DNA from: Dicyema japonicum
Lineage: Eukaryota > Animalia > Dicyemida
Length of the DNA: 64,000 nt
Assembly (NCBI GenBank): GCA_011109175.1
Contig: RDEW01000036.1
Coordinates: 313,583-377,582, forward strand
Reading direction: 5' to 3'
This document shows positions 53,152 to 64,000 of the stretch, in pieces. Made by a program: the position numbers and the translations under genes. Under the pieces are notes generated by a model. That model saw only the letters and a program-made list of their open reading frames with translations, did no database searches and was not told where the DNA came from. The stretch's first letter is position 1, and each line of letters begins with the position of its first letter.

Positions 53152-55323
53152 ATGTATAATGGATTAGTGAGCGTTGACATTTTCTGTGCCAAGGATTTGA
53201 AAAGAACCAACTTTTCCAAACGACACAGCATAACGGGCAGGACAGATGTGATCAACGCTTACATTGTGGTCAATGTTGATGGAATTACGGTCTTCAAAAC
53301 AGTCTCATCCAAAGAGAATTATCTCACTTGGAATAAATCGTCCAAATTTATGGTCGATAATGGCCGGGATCTGCAAATCATCATATTTGAGAAAGGCATC
53401 GCCGAGGATCAATACATTGCCGATTTAAGTCTCGAAATGAATAAGGATATTGAGAGACAGTGGGTAAGAGATTGTCTCATTGAAGGTGGAGTTGAATCCC
53501 TTTGGAAAATTATTATGACCATTCAGTTCGACCCCAATGGGGAGATATCCGACACTGGTCTCTCCAATTATATAGCTTTAGAGATTGTCGATACAAGTCC
53601 CACGACATTATTAAAAAGGAAAGGGATTGGCATTGGACAGGCATTTAAACGGAAAGTTATGGTTTTCAACGACCACAGATTCATGATGACATACTTCCGA
53701 CAACCTACATTCTGTTCAGTGTGCAAGGGATTTATATGGCAATAATTGTGATTATTTAAGGGGAATAACCAAAAAACAGGGATATCAGTGCCGATGTATT
53801 AAAATTGTGTTATCTTAGTATGTGCAATGGTCACTCACTGCAAATGTTACGAATTTATCGTGGTTAACTGTTGTCAGGCAGCCAGAGAAGGCTCAGTATT
53901 ATGGAATATTAATTTAAGAGTCCTATTGGCAATGGATTCAAAATAGACGTACCCCACAATTTTGAAGTATATAACTATAAGACCCCAACCATGTGCAAAC
54001 ATTGTGGATCTCTTCTTTATGGATTATATAAGCAAGGACTCCGATGCACAAGTAACTGAAAATGTGATCTTAGATTGTAAAATGAACATTCACAAAAGGT
54101 GCAAAGAGTACATCCCCAATCACTGCGGAATAAACGTGAAAGATCTAGCGCAAACCATGAGAATGATAGGACTATCGACCGACGTAAGCAGTATTAAGAA
54201 ATCTGTACAACACGTTCTAACGGTTTTAGATGTCCAACTTTGTTTCCCCCTCCAATGTTATAACTTTGGATAATTTTGATTTGAAACTAGTACTCGTGGT
54301 TTTAAGGGTAGGTTCTTGGAGAGGGGAGTTTCGGGAAGGTCTTTTTGGGTACAAATAAAGCGTCCGGAAGCCAAGTGGCTATTAAAGCTATAAAGAAAAG
54401 CATAATTGATGAGAACGAAGACTACGAGTCCCTCATTGCTGAAAGGGACTGTTTACTGTTGGGGAATGAGTGTACCTTCCTTGGAAGACTAGTATGTTCC
54501 TTTCAAGACAAAGTACTCTAATATGAGCATAATATAGGGATATGCTTTTTTGGTGATGGAATATTATTCTGGTGGTGACATGATGTTCCATTTTCAAAAA
54601 CATGGTGTTTTTACGGAAACTATGGCGGCCTTTTATTTGGGGCAGGTCGTGCTAGGTCTTGTATTTATCCACGAAAGGAACATAATTTACAGGTTTTCGT
54701 GAATATTTATTCAGGGATCTGAAACTAGACAATTTGATGATGGACAGTGAAGGATATATTAAGTTGGTTGACTTTGGGATGTCCAAGAAGGATACTGGAA
54801 ATGAAAATCTTACATTTTGCGGGACTCCAGACTACATTGCTCCCGAAGTACCACATTTGGTGTTATGCAGATACTTATCAGACAACCTTATGGACTTTCC
54901 GTCGACTGGTGGGCATTCGGAGTTCTCGCATACGAGATTTTGGTGGGACAGCCTCCATTTGACGGTGATAATGAGGAGGAACTATTCTCTAACATTATGC
55001 ACCAGAAAATCATAATACCAAAGAGACTCAGCAGTCAAGCCAAGGAAATTTTAGTAAAGTTTATGGTCAGGAATCCTGAAAAAAGGATGGGGTGCAAGGG
55101 AAATGAACATGAAATTTTTAAATTGAATTTTTTCTATTTAAATTGGGATGATCTTAAAAGTAAAAAGATTCCATCTCCAATTACTCCCAAATTGGTAATC
55201 ATTTTGTTATTTCAGGGATCTTGTAACTTTGATCAATGCTTTACATCCAAAAATCCTAAACTAAGCAAAAATTATCATAAAAAAGGCACCACAAATTATA
55301 TTAATTTTGACTTTATAAATTAA
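53152..55323 (+). CDS. Novel-type protein kinase C (epsilon/eta-like): C2-like, C1A, C1B, kinase; ~632 aa
   Basis: C1[19 protein letters not shown]1[51 protein letters not shown]. Introns 53464-85, 53558-81 (tentative), 53739-60 (GC-AG), 53796-818, 53896-918, 54052-73, 54205-29, 54290-311, 54513-37, 54693-714, 54848-70, 55195-215. Needs one extra A at ~53506-09. Confidence 0.95.
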
Positions 55324-55435
55324 TATTGGCTTTTATAAAATAATATTTTTAGTCGATGGTTAATGTGGGAGGAACATCGAGAAAAGCACTAATGAAAGTT
55401 AGAAGGTCACTAATGGAGAAGACTAATGGAAGTTA

Positions 55436-55680
55436 GACGTAGTGGCGATTTTTGGTTTTTAAGTAAATTAAGTGCTGTCGATTTGATTCCCACACCTGGA
55501 TTTCTGCTCTTTGCCTTCTTCAAATTTTAAGAAGCGTCATGGGATCCACTTGACTCGGGAGTACTTGACTAGCATCCAAAAAGGTGCTTCCTGCTCCATT
55601 GTAGGTGTTCCAACAATGGTGGATATGGATGTTTAGACAAAGATGCGTCCTACTCTAATCCTGAGTACTGGATATATCTT
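55436..55680 (+). repeat. LINE-derived short repeat
   Basis: GCGTCATGGGATCCAC core encoding ASWDP, then LTSIQKGA. Confidence 0.55.
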
Positions 55681-56439
55681 AATTGGATGTGTTGAAGTAA
55701 TTGTAAAGAAGATCCCTCCCCCATCGAAAAATTGTAAGTTTGTGACATGTTTTAGTCCAAAATTTTTATTACAAAAAAATAGGCCAAACTTGTGGCAATG
55801 GTATGCCCCATTGAAACTTTCTCCGCATTCCATCTCTTGTATGCAAAAGAAGCGACGATCCCTGAGATTCTCTCATAGGAAATGCCAAGTTCTTCCAAGT
55901 TTTTGGAATTGCCCGGCTATGTGGAGGAAAACATAATGAGTGAAATTAGTTACCACTAATTCACATTGACTTCAATTACGTGCATTAAAATACAGATCTG
56001 AGATAGAAAAGTTTATGGTCAAATTTAAACTATTGACCCTTTTTTGGTTGATCGTGACTCTTGAACATTCATTCCTCATGGAGGCTGTTTGGATATACAA
56101 CCGACATCAAATTATTCGAAGATCAATTTTCTAGGTGGTTCTGAATGATGCCTTAGTATGTCACATGCGCTGTGATGACTATGCGCTAGACGTTACATAT
56201 TGATTTTTATTGATTATTTCATTATTACTATTATAGTAAAAATACATATATCTTGTTTATGTCATGAAATTCGATGTATTATTAATTTTCTAAATAATTT
56301 AATATTAAACTTAATAATACTATACCTCTGTTGTGGTTGTTGTGGTGCCAAGAAGAAAGAAAAATAGAAGAGAAAAAAAGAAAAAGAAAGAAAATACAGA
56401 AAACTAATCAGACTAAGTCTGAATCTGCTCACTGCCCTG

Positions 56440-58610
56440 CTATGGATCAAACTACACTCAAAGAATTACTACTTTTACCTGCGATATCAAAAGAACTGTG
56501 AGAGTCTTGCGGATATTGCAACGCGAGGAAGTACGGTTTGAATTGTACATCTTGCATGAGATATTTCTACCTCGGGTGTGTTCGAATATCGAAATTGGCT
56601 GCGAGATCTCTTTACAAATGGGACTGCGCATACATTATGAAATACCCCGTTCGGTGCCGCCATCCGACATAATTCACTCATCCCCCTTATTCTGGACAAA
56701 TCGAACCATTTTTGTTACGCCTATCGGAGAGTCGGAAAGGTAGACGGATTCCACTGAGAATACCAATGGCCGCTCGAATTCCCGCTGCTGAATGCTTCAC
56801 GTCATTAATTGATAAAGCCATCAGCACCAGCGACCAGGCCTCTTGGATACGTCTACAGAGCTTTGCACCTATGACCCTTGGAATTTCTGCCTCAGATCAA
56901 GCTCTCAACGGATCACTGGCCTCAAAAATCAAGAAGAATACTTCTGCCTTTTTGGCCACTTAAACACAGCAAGACTCTCGAATCGAGCCTGAGCGAATAC
57001 TTCAGTGCAAACAATTGTCTACAGAAGCTGGGAGTAAACAGGAAGATTCTAAAGCATTTCAAGAGAGCGAACCGAAAACTGATGGAAGGGACGTTCGCGT
57101 AGCTGTAAGAGTAGTGTCTTGTGACGAAGCGCTATTGAAACCGTGCCGTGAAGTCTTATAGTTATTGAGAAAGAAGCACCCTGCTCCACCACTGAACCAG
57201 CGGAACTTGACAATGCCAGAAGAGCTCACGGCAATTAGTCCCACGGAATTTGAAGTAGTGTGTGCAATAAAGTCTACTTCTACTTACTTCCAGGTATCAG
57301 CATATCCTCCTTGGACAAGGAACATTTCCTTGGCTACCTTCTCGGAAACGACGAGCTGGAAAACTGCCTTACCAGTAAGAATAACAAAGTTGAAGCTTTT
57401 ACAAAGAGAGTATCATCTTTGGATCCACATGTGTCTTTCTTGCTCAAAAAATGTATTTCCACGTTGAAGATGATGTACATTTTGAGATGTTCATGTTTTG
57501 AACACCGGAATGCACTATTGTCGGCTGATGGGACTCTGAGACGATCGGCGGAGTCAATACTGAATGTCAAATTCGATGATCTGGGCTGGACAATGTGCAA
57601 ACAACCTACGAGAAATGGGGGCATTGGGTTGAGATCTTTCCTTGAAGCCGCCCTGCCTGCCTACTTTTCATCCCGTGCGAGCTGCAGTTGCTTGGCCCAA
57701 GCAGTCCTACGCAACGCAACCGGACATACCTTGGACTTGGAGCTTGACAGAGTTTGCAAGTTGTGGGGTGAGTTGGACTCGGAATTCTGTCGAACTTGGC
57801 TTTCTAGAAGAGTTGGGACTCAATTGCATCTATGAGCACTCTGGAGGTCGCTAAGACAAGCGCCAACCAACACCGACTAGCAAGCATTAAGTCGGCCGCA
57901 CATTGTGGAAATGGAGTCTGGCTCGAGGCCCTACCGTGCCCACATCTGTGGACCCTTCTTGACGAAAACAGCCTGAGGATCGGGGTGGCACTATGCCTAG
58001 GACTGGACATATGTCAGAGACCACATATGCCGTTGCGGAGCAAACGTTAATACGAAAGACTTACATCCACTTTCTTGCCGACGAAGTACTGGTCGAGCTC
58101 CGCGCCACGCAGCCCTCAATGACATAATTTTTCGCGCCCTCAAAGCTGCGGGATTTCCGGCCCAATTGGAATTCTGGAATCGAGCCTGATTGTCTTAGAC
58201 AGAGGCGACGGAAAGAGGCCGGATGGAATGATGTTATTCCCATACTCTCACGGAAATTGACTCGTCTGGGACGCAACGTGTGTGGACACTTTCTCTGGAG
58301 CCAGAGATCTGTCGGTGACGCACTCTCGTGGAGACGCAGCCGACCAGGTGGAGGTCAAGAAGATCCATAAGTACGAATCCCTCGGAGACCACTACTATTT
58401 CGCCTTCATTTCTGTGGAGACAACTGGAACTGTAGGCTCGAAGACGGACGCTTTTCTCGACAGCATAGAAAGCAAACTCGCCTCAAAAAGGTGCGAGCCA
58501 CGGGAGGGACTATGATGAAACAAATGCTCGAAATGGCGACTATCATAGATAACGCTTTCGCCAATTCTCATCCTAATTATTATCCAAATTAATTTATTTG
58601 TTGAGAATAA
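56440..58610 (+). mobile_element. CRE-like retrotransposon spanning N-terminus to 3' end, with RT core deleted
   Basis: IPLRIPMAAR, LRKKHP, GGIGLRS, GVWLEALP, GRAPRHAALN, VWDATCVDT, FISVETTG; the ORF jumps from CAIKS to the post-RT segment. Confidence 0.82.
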
Positions 58611-58614
58611 ATAA

Positions 58615-59759
58615 TAGAGTGTTCCAAAAATAGAGGTTACTCCAAAAATCGTACAAAAATTTGTTATTATTGAGTACATAATTATACTTCGTTGATTAAA
58701 AACCTTAGAATTTAACGTAAAACTAACATTGTTTAATCAGTAATTTTTTGTCCATAACCATATTTAAATTTTAAATTGCGCATGAATATTTTTCTAAAAT
58801 AATTAAGACAATCCTGCAACATATTTAAAATGTTTTCCTCAACTTTATGTTATCAATTGCTGTTCTTGTAGTTACATATTCAGCCTCAATTCCATTATAA
58901 AAATTTTTCTCTGACTTAGGGTCATTTTCTTCTAAAACATATTCTTTTTCATTGATGAAATGACCATTAATATCCTCGGATTGATGTTCACTAAAACTTT
59001 TTCCTCGACACGTTTCGTCGCAATTGAAAATGTTTTGATTTCCATATTCGTCAATTTTTTTATATTAAATCGAATTAAAAACTCATCAATCATGGAACTG
59101 TCACTTGAAACTTTTTCCAGACAAAGTTTTGAACTTAAATTCATGTTTTTTTGAATTTTTCCAACCATCCGTTTGAAGCCTTAAAATTTTGAAGTAGAAT
59201 TAAAATTTTGAAGTAGAATTCTAGATGCGACTTTCAGTCCTAAAAAATGATTTTAAGAATTACAATAATACCGATTTTTTTGATTAAAGGTCCGGGAATG
59301 GGAATGTTTTGTTTTCTTAGGTGTTGAAATACATCCAACACTTTTGAATCCAAAAGTTTATGCTTTTCACTAATGACTGACTCTGATGTCTCTGCATTTG
59401 AATAAATCTGTCCATTTGTTGTGAATGGAACAATGTTTCTCTTGATTCTAGAGATTGTTCCGATACTTGTGTCAAACTTTCTCGCGAGTTTTCGAATTGA
59501 ATGCTTCTTTTTGAAAAGAAGATTAGCAATTTCAACTTTTGTATTGTAGTTTAAGCCCATGAAAGGTGTAAATAACTTTAAGACAAGCAAAAAAATGAAC
59601 AAAAATCTGCACGTGATTAAAAAATTAATTGTAGTAAAATATAGAAACTGTAAGATTTAATTTTAAATTAAAATAATTATAAGTGTTCCAAATCCCGAGG
59701 GTGTATCAAAAACAGAGGTGTTCCACCCTCGAGGTTCGTTCCAAAAAGAGGTTAGACTG
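58615..59759 (-). mobile_element. Tigger/pogo relic (left TIR, psq and CENP-B HTH, C-terminus; DDE deleted)
   Basis: TA|CAGTCTAACCTCTTTTTGGAAC terminus; SIRKLARKFDTSIGTISRIK; HLRKQNIPIPGPLIK; ASNGW; 3' part homologous to 3160-3500. Confidence 0.85.
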
Positions 59760-59889
59760 TATACTCAAATAAAATATTATATTACACGTTCTACAAGTCG
59801 AATTTCACGTCAAAAATAGTCATCGATTTAAAAGACTACCGCGTTGCCATAGGGTGGTACAATGGTTAGAGGTAGGGCAAAAGTGTCAC

Positions 59890-60080
59890 GATGAGAAAAA
59901 GGCTTGACGAGTGACGCCGTCATCAGTGGAGACTGCGGAACTGTATAGTCAAAAAGAACACACACTCAAGAAAAAGAAAAAAAACAAAAAAGTGAAGAGC
60001 ATTCCTTGGTTCTCCCTATACGATTAGTTATAATAACTGTTTTTTACTTGAATAAAGTGTGTGTTCTGCACAAGCGAAAC
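59890..60080 (+). mobile_element. Body fragment of the RTE-tailed SINE
   Basis: TTGACGAGTGACGCCGTCATCAGTG...AATAAAGTGTGTGT matches 38498-38655. Confidence 0.8.
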
Positions 60081-61199
60081 CCTATGAATTGATGATATTC
60101 GAATTACGCCTTTACTGAAAACTTAATGAATAAATTTGGTGTCGAAGTTGCAAGTCGTTTTAAAAAGATCTTTAACACTTGACAGGCTACGGAACAGATT
60201 TTGTAAACTTGACAAGGCTGGCAAAGAGTCGCCAAAAAACTAAGAAGCTAACTAGTAATTTGATTTTTCGTGTCACGAGATATTACATAACGTAAGTTCC
60301 AATAATATAGTGGCTTTATCAGCTATTCCACAAAACTAACAGATAGAAAGGACATTAATGTCGATGATCCGTTCATTTCTGGTAACGGAATAAACTTTTC
60401 CCCAAAGCTTGCAATCTGAGAAAAGCCCAATTGAAAGTTTCTGATAAGGTTCTTCGGATACAGAATTGTTTTCTTATAACTTCTCATTAATTTTCATGGA
60501 ACGCTGGGTCCCTTTTCCCTTGTCTACGGAAATTTGTGCAACCGGAATTGACCTACGAGAATGAGTCGTGATCAATTTCCCTCTCCTCTCTACTGAAATT
60601 GTCCGTAATCCAGAAAGCTGCTAAAAGAGAATTGGCCTCAACCTTGGAAGCGGTTTTGATAGGACGACAAAAGAAGTTAGTGATGTTAGTTACTCTACCT
60701 AAACTCCCATTACGAAGTCAAGAACGCATACCTTAAAAACCTCCCGAGATAAGAGACAAATACTTCTTTCTGGAGAACCATCCAGGATTCTCTTCTACGT
60801 CGGATAGGACTTCCACTTTTATCGGTCCGAGTCATTTACTTAGTTGGGAACTTTTTCTTTTTAATCCTGAGATCCTGAGTAATAATAATTTTCTTGAAAT
60901 CACAATAGCTTGTGCAAACCAATTTTCTGATGGTCAAGATGTTACTTTTTCGAAGAAACCTAAACTAGCAAACTATGTAGCAGATCCAAGCACCTGCTGC
61001 ATAACTAAACCTTAGATAGATCAGACGCTATAAAAGTAATGAAAGTTAAAAGATATATTTTTTGGACTCATAAAATTTGATTCCATGACAGTGATCCTAA
61101 CGACTGATTTTGGAAATTGAAATCTCCCATTTGCTACATATAAACCAGAAATATTGTGTGTGTCACCCTATGGGGATGTGAGATGACGTCTGATTTTTT

Positions 61200-62010
61200 A
61201 ATGTATAATTTATTCTAGTTAAAAGTCGGATATAAAATACCCGAAAGGGGTGAAAATACTACTTGCAGTATAAAAGTTTGTGGTCAACAGTGTTTATATA
61301 AACCAAAGGTTCCTCAAGGTTCTGTCCACAGGTAGACAATTTGATACATTTTTATTGTTTCTGCTCAACAATTCAAGTGAAATCTGAATTGGAAATATAT
61401 TATTTCTAGAATCATTCGTGGAACCCAGAAACTGGCTATCGGAATAGACTGCTACGGATTTCATCAAACTTTGATATGAAGCCTTATACTGAGAACTAAA
61501 AATGCCTGTTGTAGCCATTTAAACAGCATAGTAACCTAATACTTAGGGTACCTAGAGAGTTTGTGTCCATTTGATATGTCTCCACTTGGGTCACCATACG
61601 GTTTACAAGACTATATGAGTAAAAGTCATCTCAACTATAAATCAGAATAACATCCATCTCCAATAAAGAATCATAATTCTCTCAACATTTATACATATGC
61701 TTGTTCCATTAGTGTCTTGCCAGTTGAAGTTGATTAGCCAGTGGGCAGAATTTATATATATTAAGTTTTTAGACATTTAAGCAGGATTTTTTATTGAGAT
61801 AATGTCTTCGAAAAAATTAAACTCATTTGAGTTCCGCTGGCTAATTGAGCGTATGTCCCTACAGATCATCATGAAAATGCGTTTTCAATTCTGAGAGCAG
61901 TCAGCTTTTACTGAAAGAACTTGTAATTGTTAACTGTTTGTGTTTAAATAATTAAGTCAATCCAGAGATGAGACATATAGCGCACAAGAACTTTGTCCCC
62001 AGCTTACTAC
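61200..62010 (-). pseudogene. Possible decayed cysteine-rich extracellular protein gene (sushi-like pieces)
   Basis: CKPYGDPSG and YYAV/CCLNGY-like fragments; frames broken. Confidence 0.25.
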
Positions 62011-64000
62011 GCTGATTAGCCACTAAGAAATATTAATTTAAAATTTGTCGCAGTGCTGAATTAAAAAATATTACAAAAAATAGATTTTAAAGTAAAATAT
62101 AAAAAATTATTAAAATAGAGTATCTAAAAAACAAATTTTATATTTTTAAATTAAATTTCATGATTTCACTAATAAATCGGAAAACCCTGTAACTAAATTA
62201 AAAAATGATTGAATAATAATTACAAATGACGACAAATGCAATAGTAGCATTTCAGTATTCCAATTCAGTGATAATCGCCTCTGATTCTGTCATGGAAAAT
62301 GATGTTCCTCAATGTAACCTTTTAATAATTTTCTGATGGCGACGAACTTTGCTGTAGAATATATCAAATCACAATGTCTCTCGCCGTTGGAATGGTCGGA
62401 ATAGCACGTGAAATTATAGAGTTATACAACATATCAGTAAATTATGCCCAGTTCACGTTATAATAAATAAAAGTCAATATTTTCAACGAAATCAACACAA
62501 CATATCAATAACCAACTTTACCAACAAATTTAGAGCGTACATGCTCAGTCGATCACAAAGCACGGTGCTGACTTTTTATATTCCAGGAAGTCATAATCGT
62601 CGGACTTGAATCGGGCTTCTCTAGGATGATCAAATTAGACGTCAAAGCGAATATATTCATAAACAGCATATGTTGTATTGGACCTTCTCAGAAAATGGTT
62701 ATGGATAAGATATCCTCCCCGTAATATATTCATATCACTCATAGACTTACTAAATCCCCACCCATAACTACCTGTGATGCTGTTCGTATTGCCTTCAATG
62801 CTCTATTTGTTGTGGCGCCTTTAAATCGATTAGGTGTTTATACTAAAAGTAGTACTTTGGGTTATTTTAGTGTGGAATCTCAACTCGATCACGAAAAAGG
62901 GAGATTTTATAAATCAAAGTGCAAATATTCATTTGGAAAGAGATCATTTTTTGGCTTCTTGATATTAAAATTCTGAAATATTAAAGAATTTATAAGATTC
63001 ATAGCAATTAGAAACACACAGCATTTTTCGTGATAGGCATGGTACTTATAGCTCCGCACGGGCGGACAGACAAGTGGAGACCAGCTCTAAGCGCCATATG
63101 TTTTTTGAAATCCTTCGAACGGCAGAGTCAGAACGGGGCAGTTAGAATTAACTAATAATACAATAAGTGATGCATAAAAGAAATCAAAACAGTACGAAAA
63201 TGAGAACATTTAATCTCATCAGGTCTCTCTTGTCGTTCGGTTTATTAAGAATTAGATATATGTTAAATCTGACTCAGCTTATTCGCCTTCTTTTAGAGAC
63301 AGGCCCAGTCACACTTTAGGCTCTTTGTATTAAATGGGAAGTAATGAGATGAGTATTCCTTCCAGCAATTTCCTCATTCTGACTTTCAAGCAAACAACAT
63401 CCTTCAATAGCTCGTTCATTGTCGATCATTCAAATATCAATATAAGTTTCCCACAAACCGTTCTTTGTGACCAACCATATTTATGTTCTACCTGCATTCT
63501 CTCAGGACTCTTTCTGATAGCAACAGTCTGAATATATGTTTGTATAGTGTCATCCACGTTGAGTGTGCTTTGATTGTGTTTATAGAATTTGCTCACAATG
63601 CCATCCATGTTCGTATATTAGTACTATGTTTACTTTAGCATTGTGAATTAATACCACTTCGCTAGCAAGGATCGTATTTATGAAGTTTTTCAAATTTTCA
63701 GAGAAATCTCCTTTGGTCTGCAGGAATTGAGCACGCAATAAGAGTTACCCCTTATTATTTCGAGCCCAATGTTCTAAAGAGCCATATAATCATTCTAGAC
63801 TCTCCATTCCTCAATCCTACGAGCCATCTGAAATTAACTAATTTATGTTTGAAATTAAAAAGGTATAGAAAATTCGGTATTCAAAAATAAAAATCGTGGA
63901 GTTTTGTAGACATGCAATCTTTCTCAACGAGGGGCGATTTTTTAATTAGTGATATTTTTTTAATTATTTATTTATTATTTATTAAAACCACAAATCACCG

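Noticed and set aside
54018-54020. Tyr instead of Trp at the DAG-affinity position of PKC C1B
   Set aside because: From memory, invertebrate epsilon-type PKCs commonly have LLYGL here, so it is not distinctive.
6419-55323. Ciliate origin or alternative genetic code (tiny introns)
   Set aside because: Genes end in TAA or TGA with no in-frame TAA/TAG read as sense, and basonuclin/disco is animal-specific.
60100-63850. Further LINE fragments and short ORFs at the right end
   Set aside because: Too degraded to delimit or classify by eye.

Overview
AT-rich eukaryotic (animal) nuclear DNA. Five apparently functional host genes can be rebuilt by hand: XPC/Rad4, a basonuclin/disconnected zinc-finger factor, a class A peptide-type GPCR, an SLC25A39/40-type mitochondrial carrier and a novel-type PKC (epsilon/eta-like). 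All five are split by ultrashort 21-25 nt spliceosomal introns, two with GC donors. Together with metazoan-specific genes and the standard genetic code, this points to a dicyemid mesozoan (inference). The genes cover only about 7 kb. The rest is mostly deletion-riddled mobile-element relics: RTE, CRE/RLE and I/Jockey-group LINEs, a tRNA-headed SINE with an RTE tail, a ~300-bp LINE-derived non-autonomous family, Tigger/pogo, Ginger-type integrase elements and hAT. There is also a dispersed 28S rRNA fragment and decayed fragments of cysteine-rich surface-protein genes. The best leads are the microintron system, a degenerate HDV-like ribozyme fold at 32363-32423, a carrier lacking the SLC25A39 regulatory loop, a PKC with a phosphomimetic hydrophobic motif, and a recurrent LINE breakpoint. 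Many 90-250 bp tandem duplications and two homopolymer frameshifts are probably assembly artefacts. TE boundaries are approximate and all family assignments come from motif recognition by eye, not database searches.
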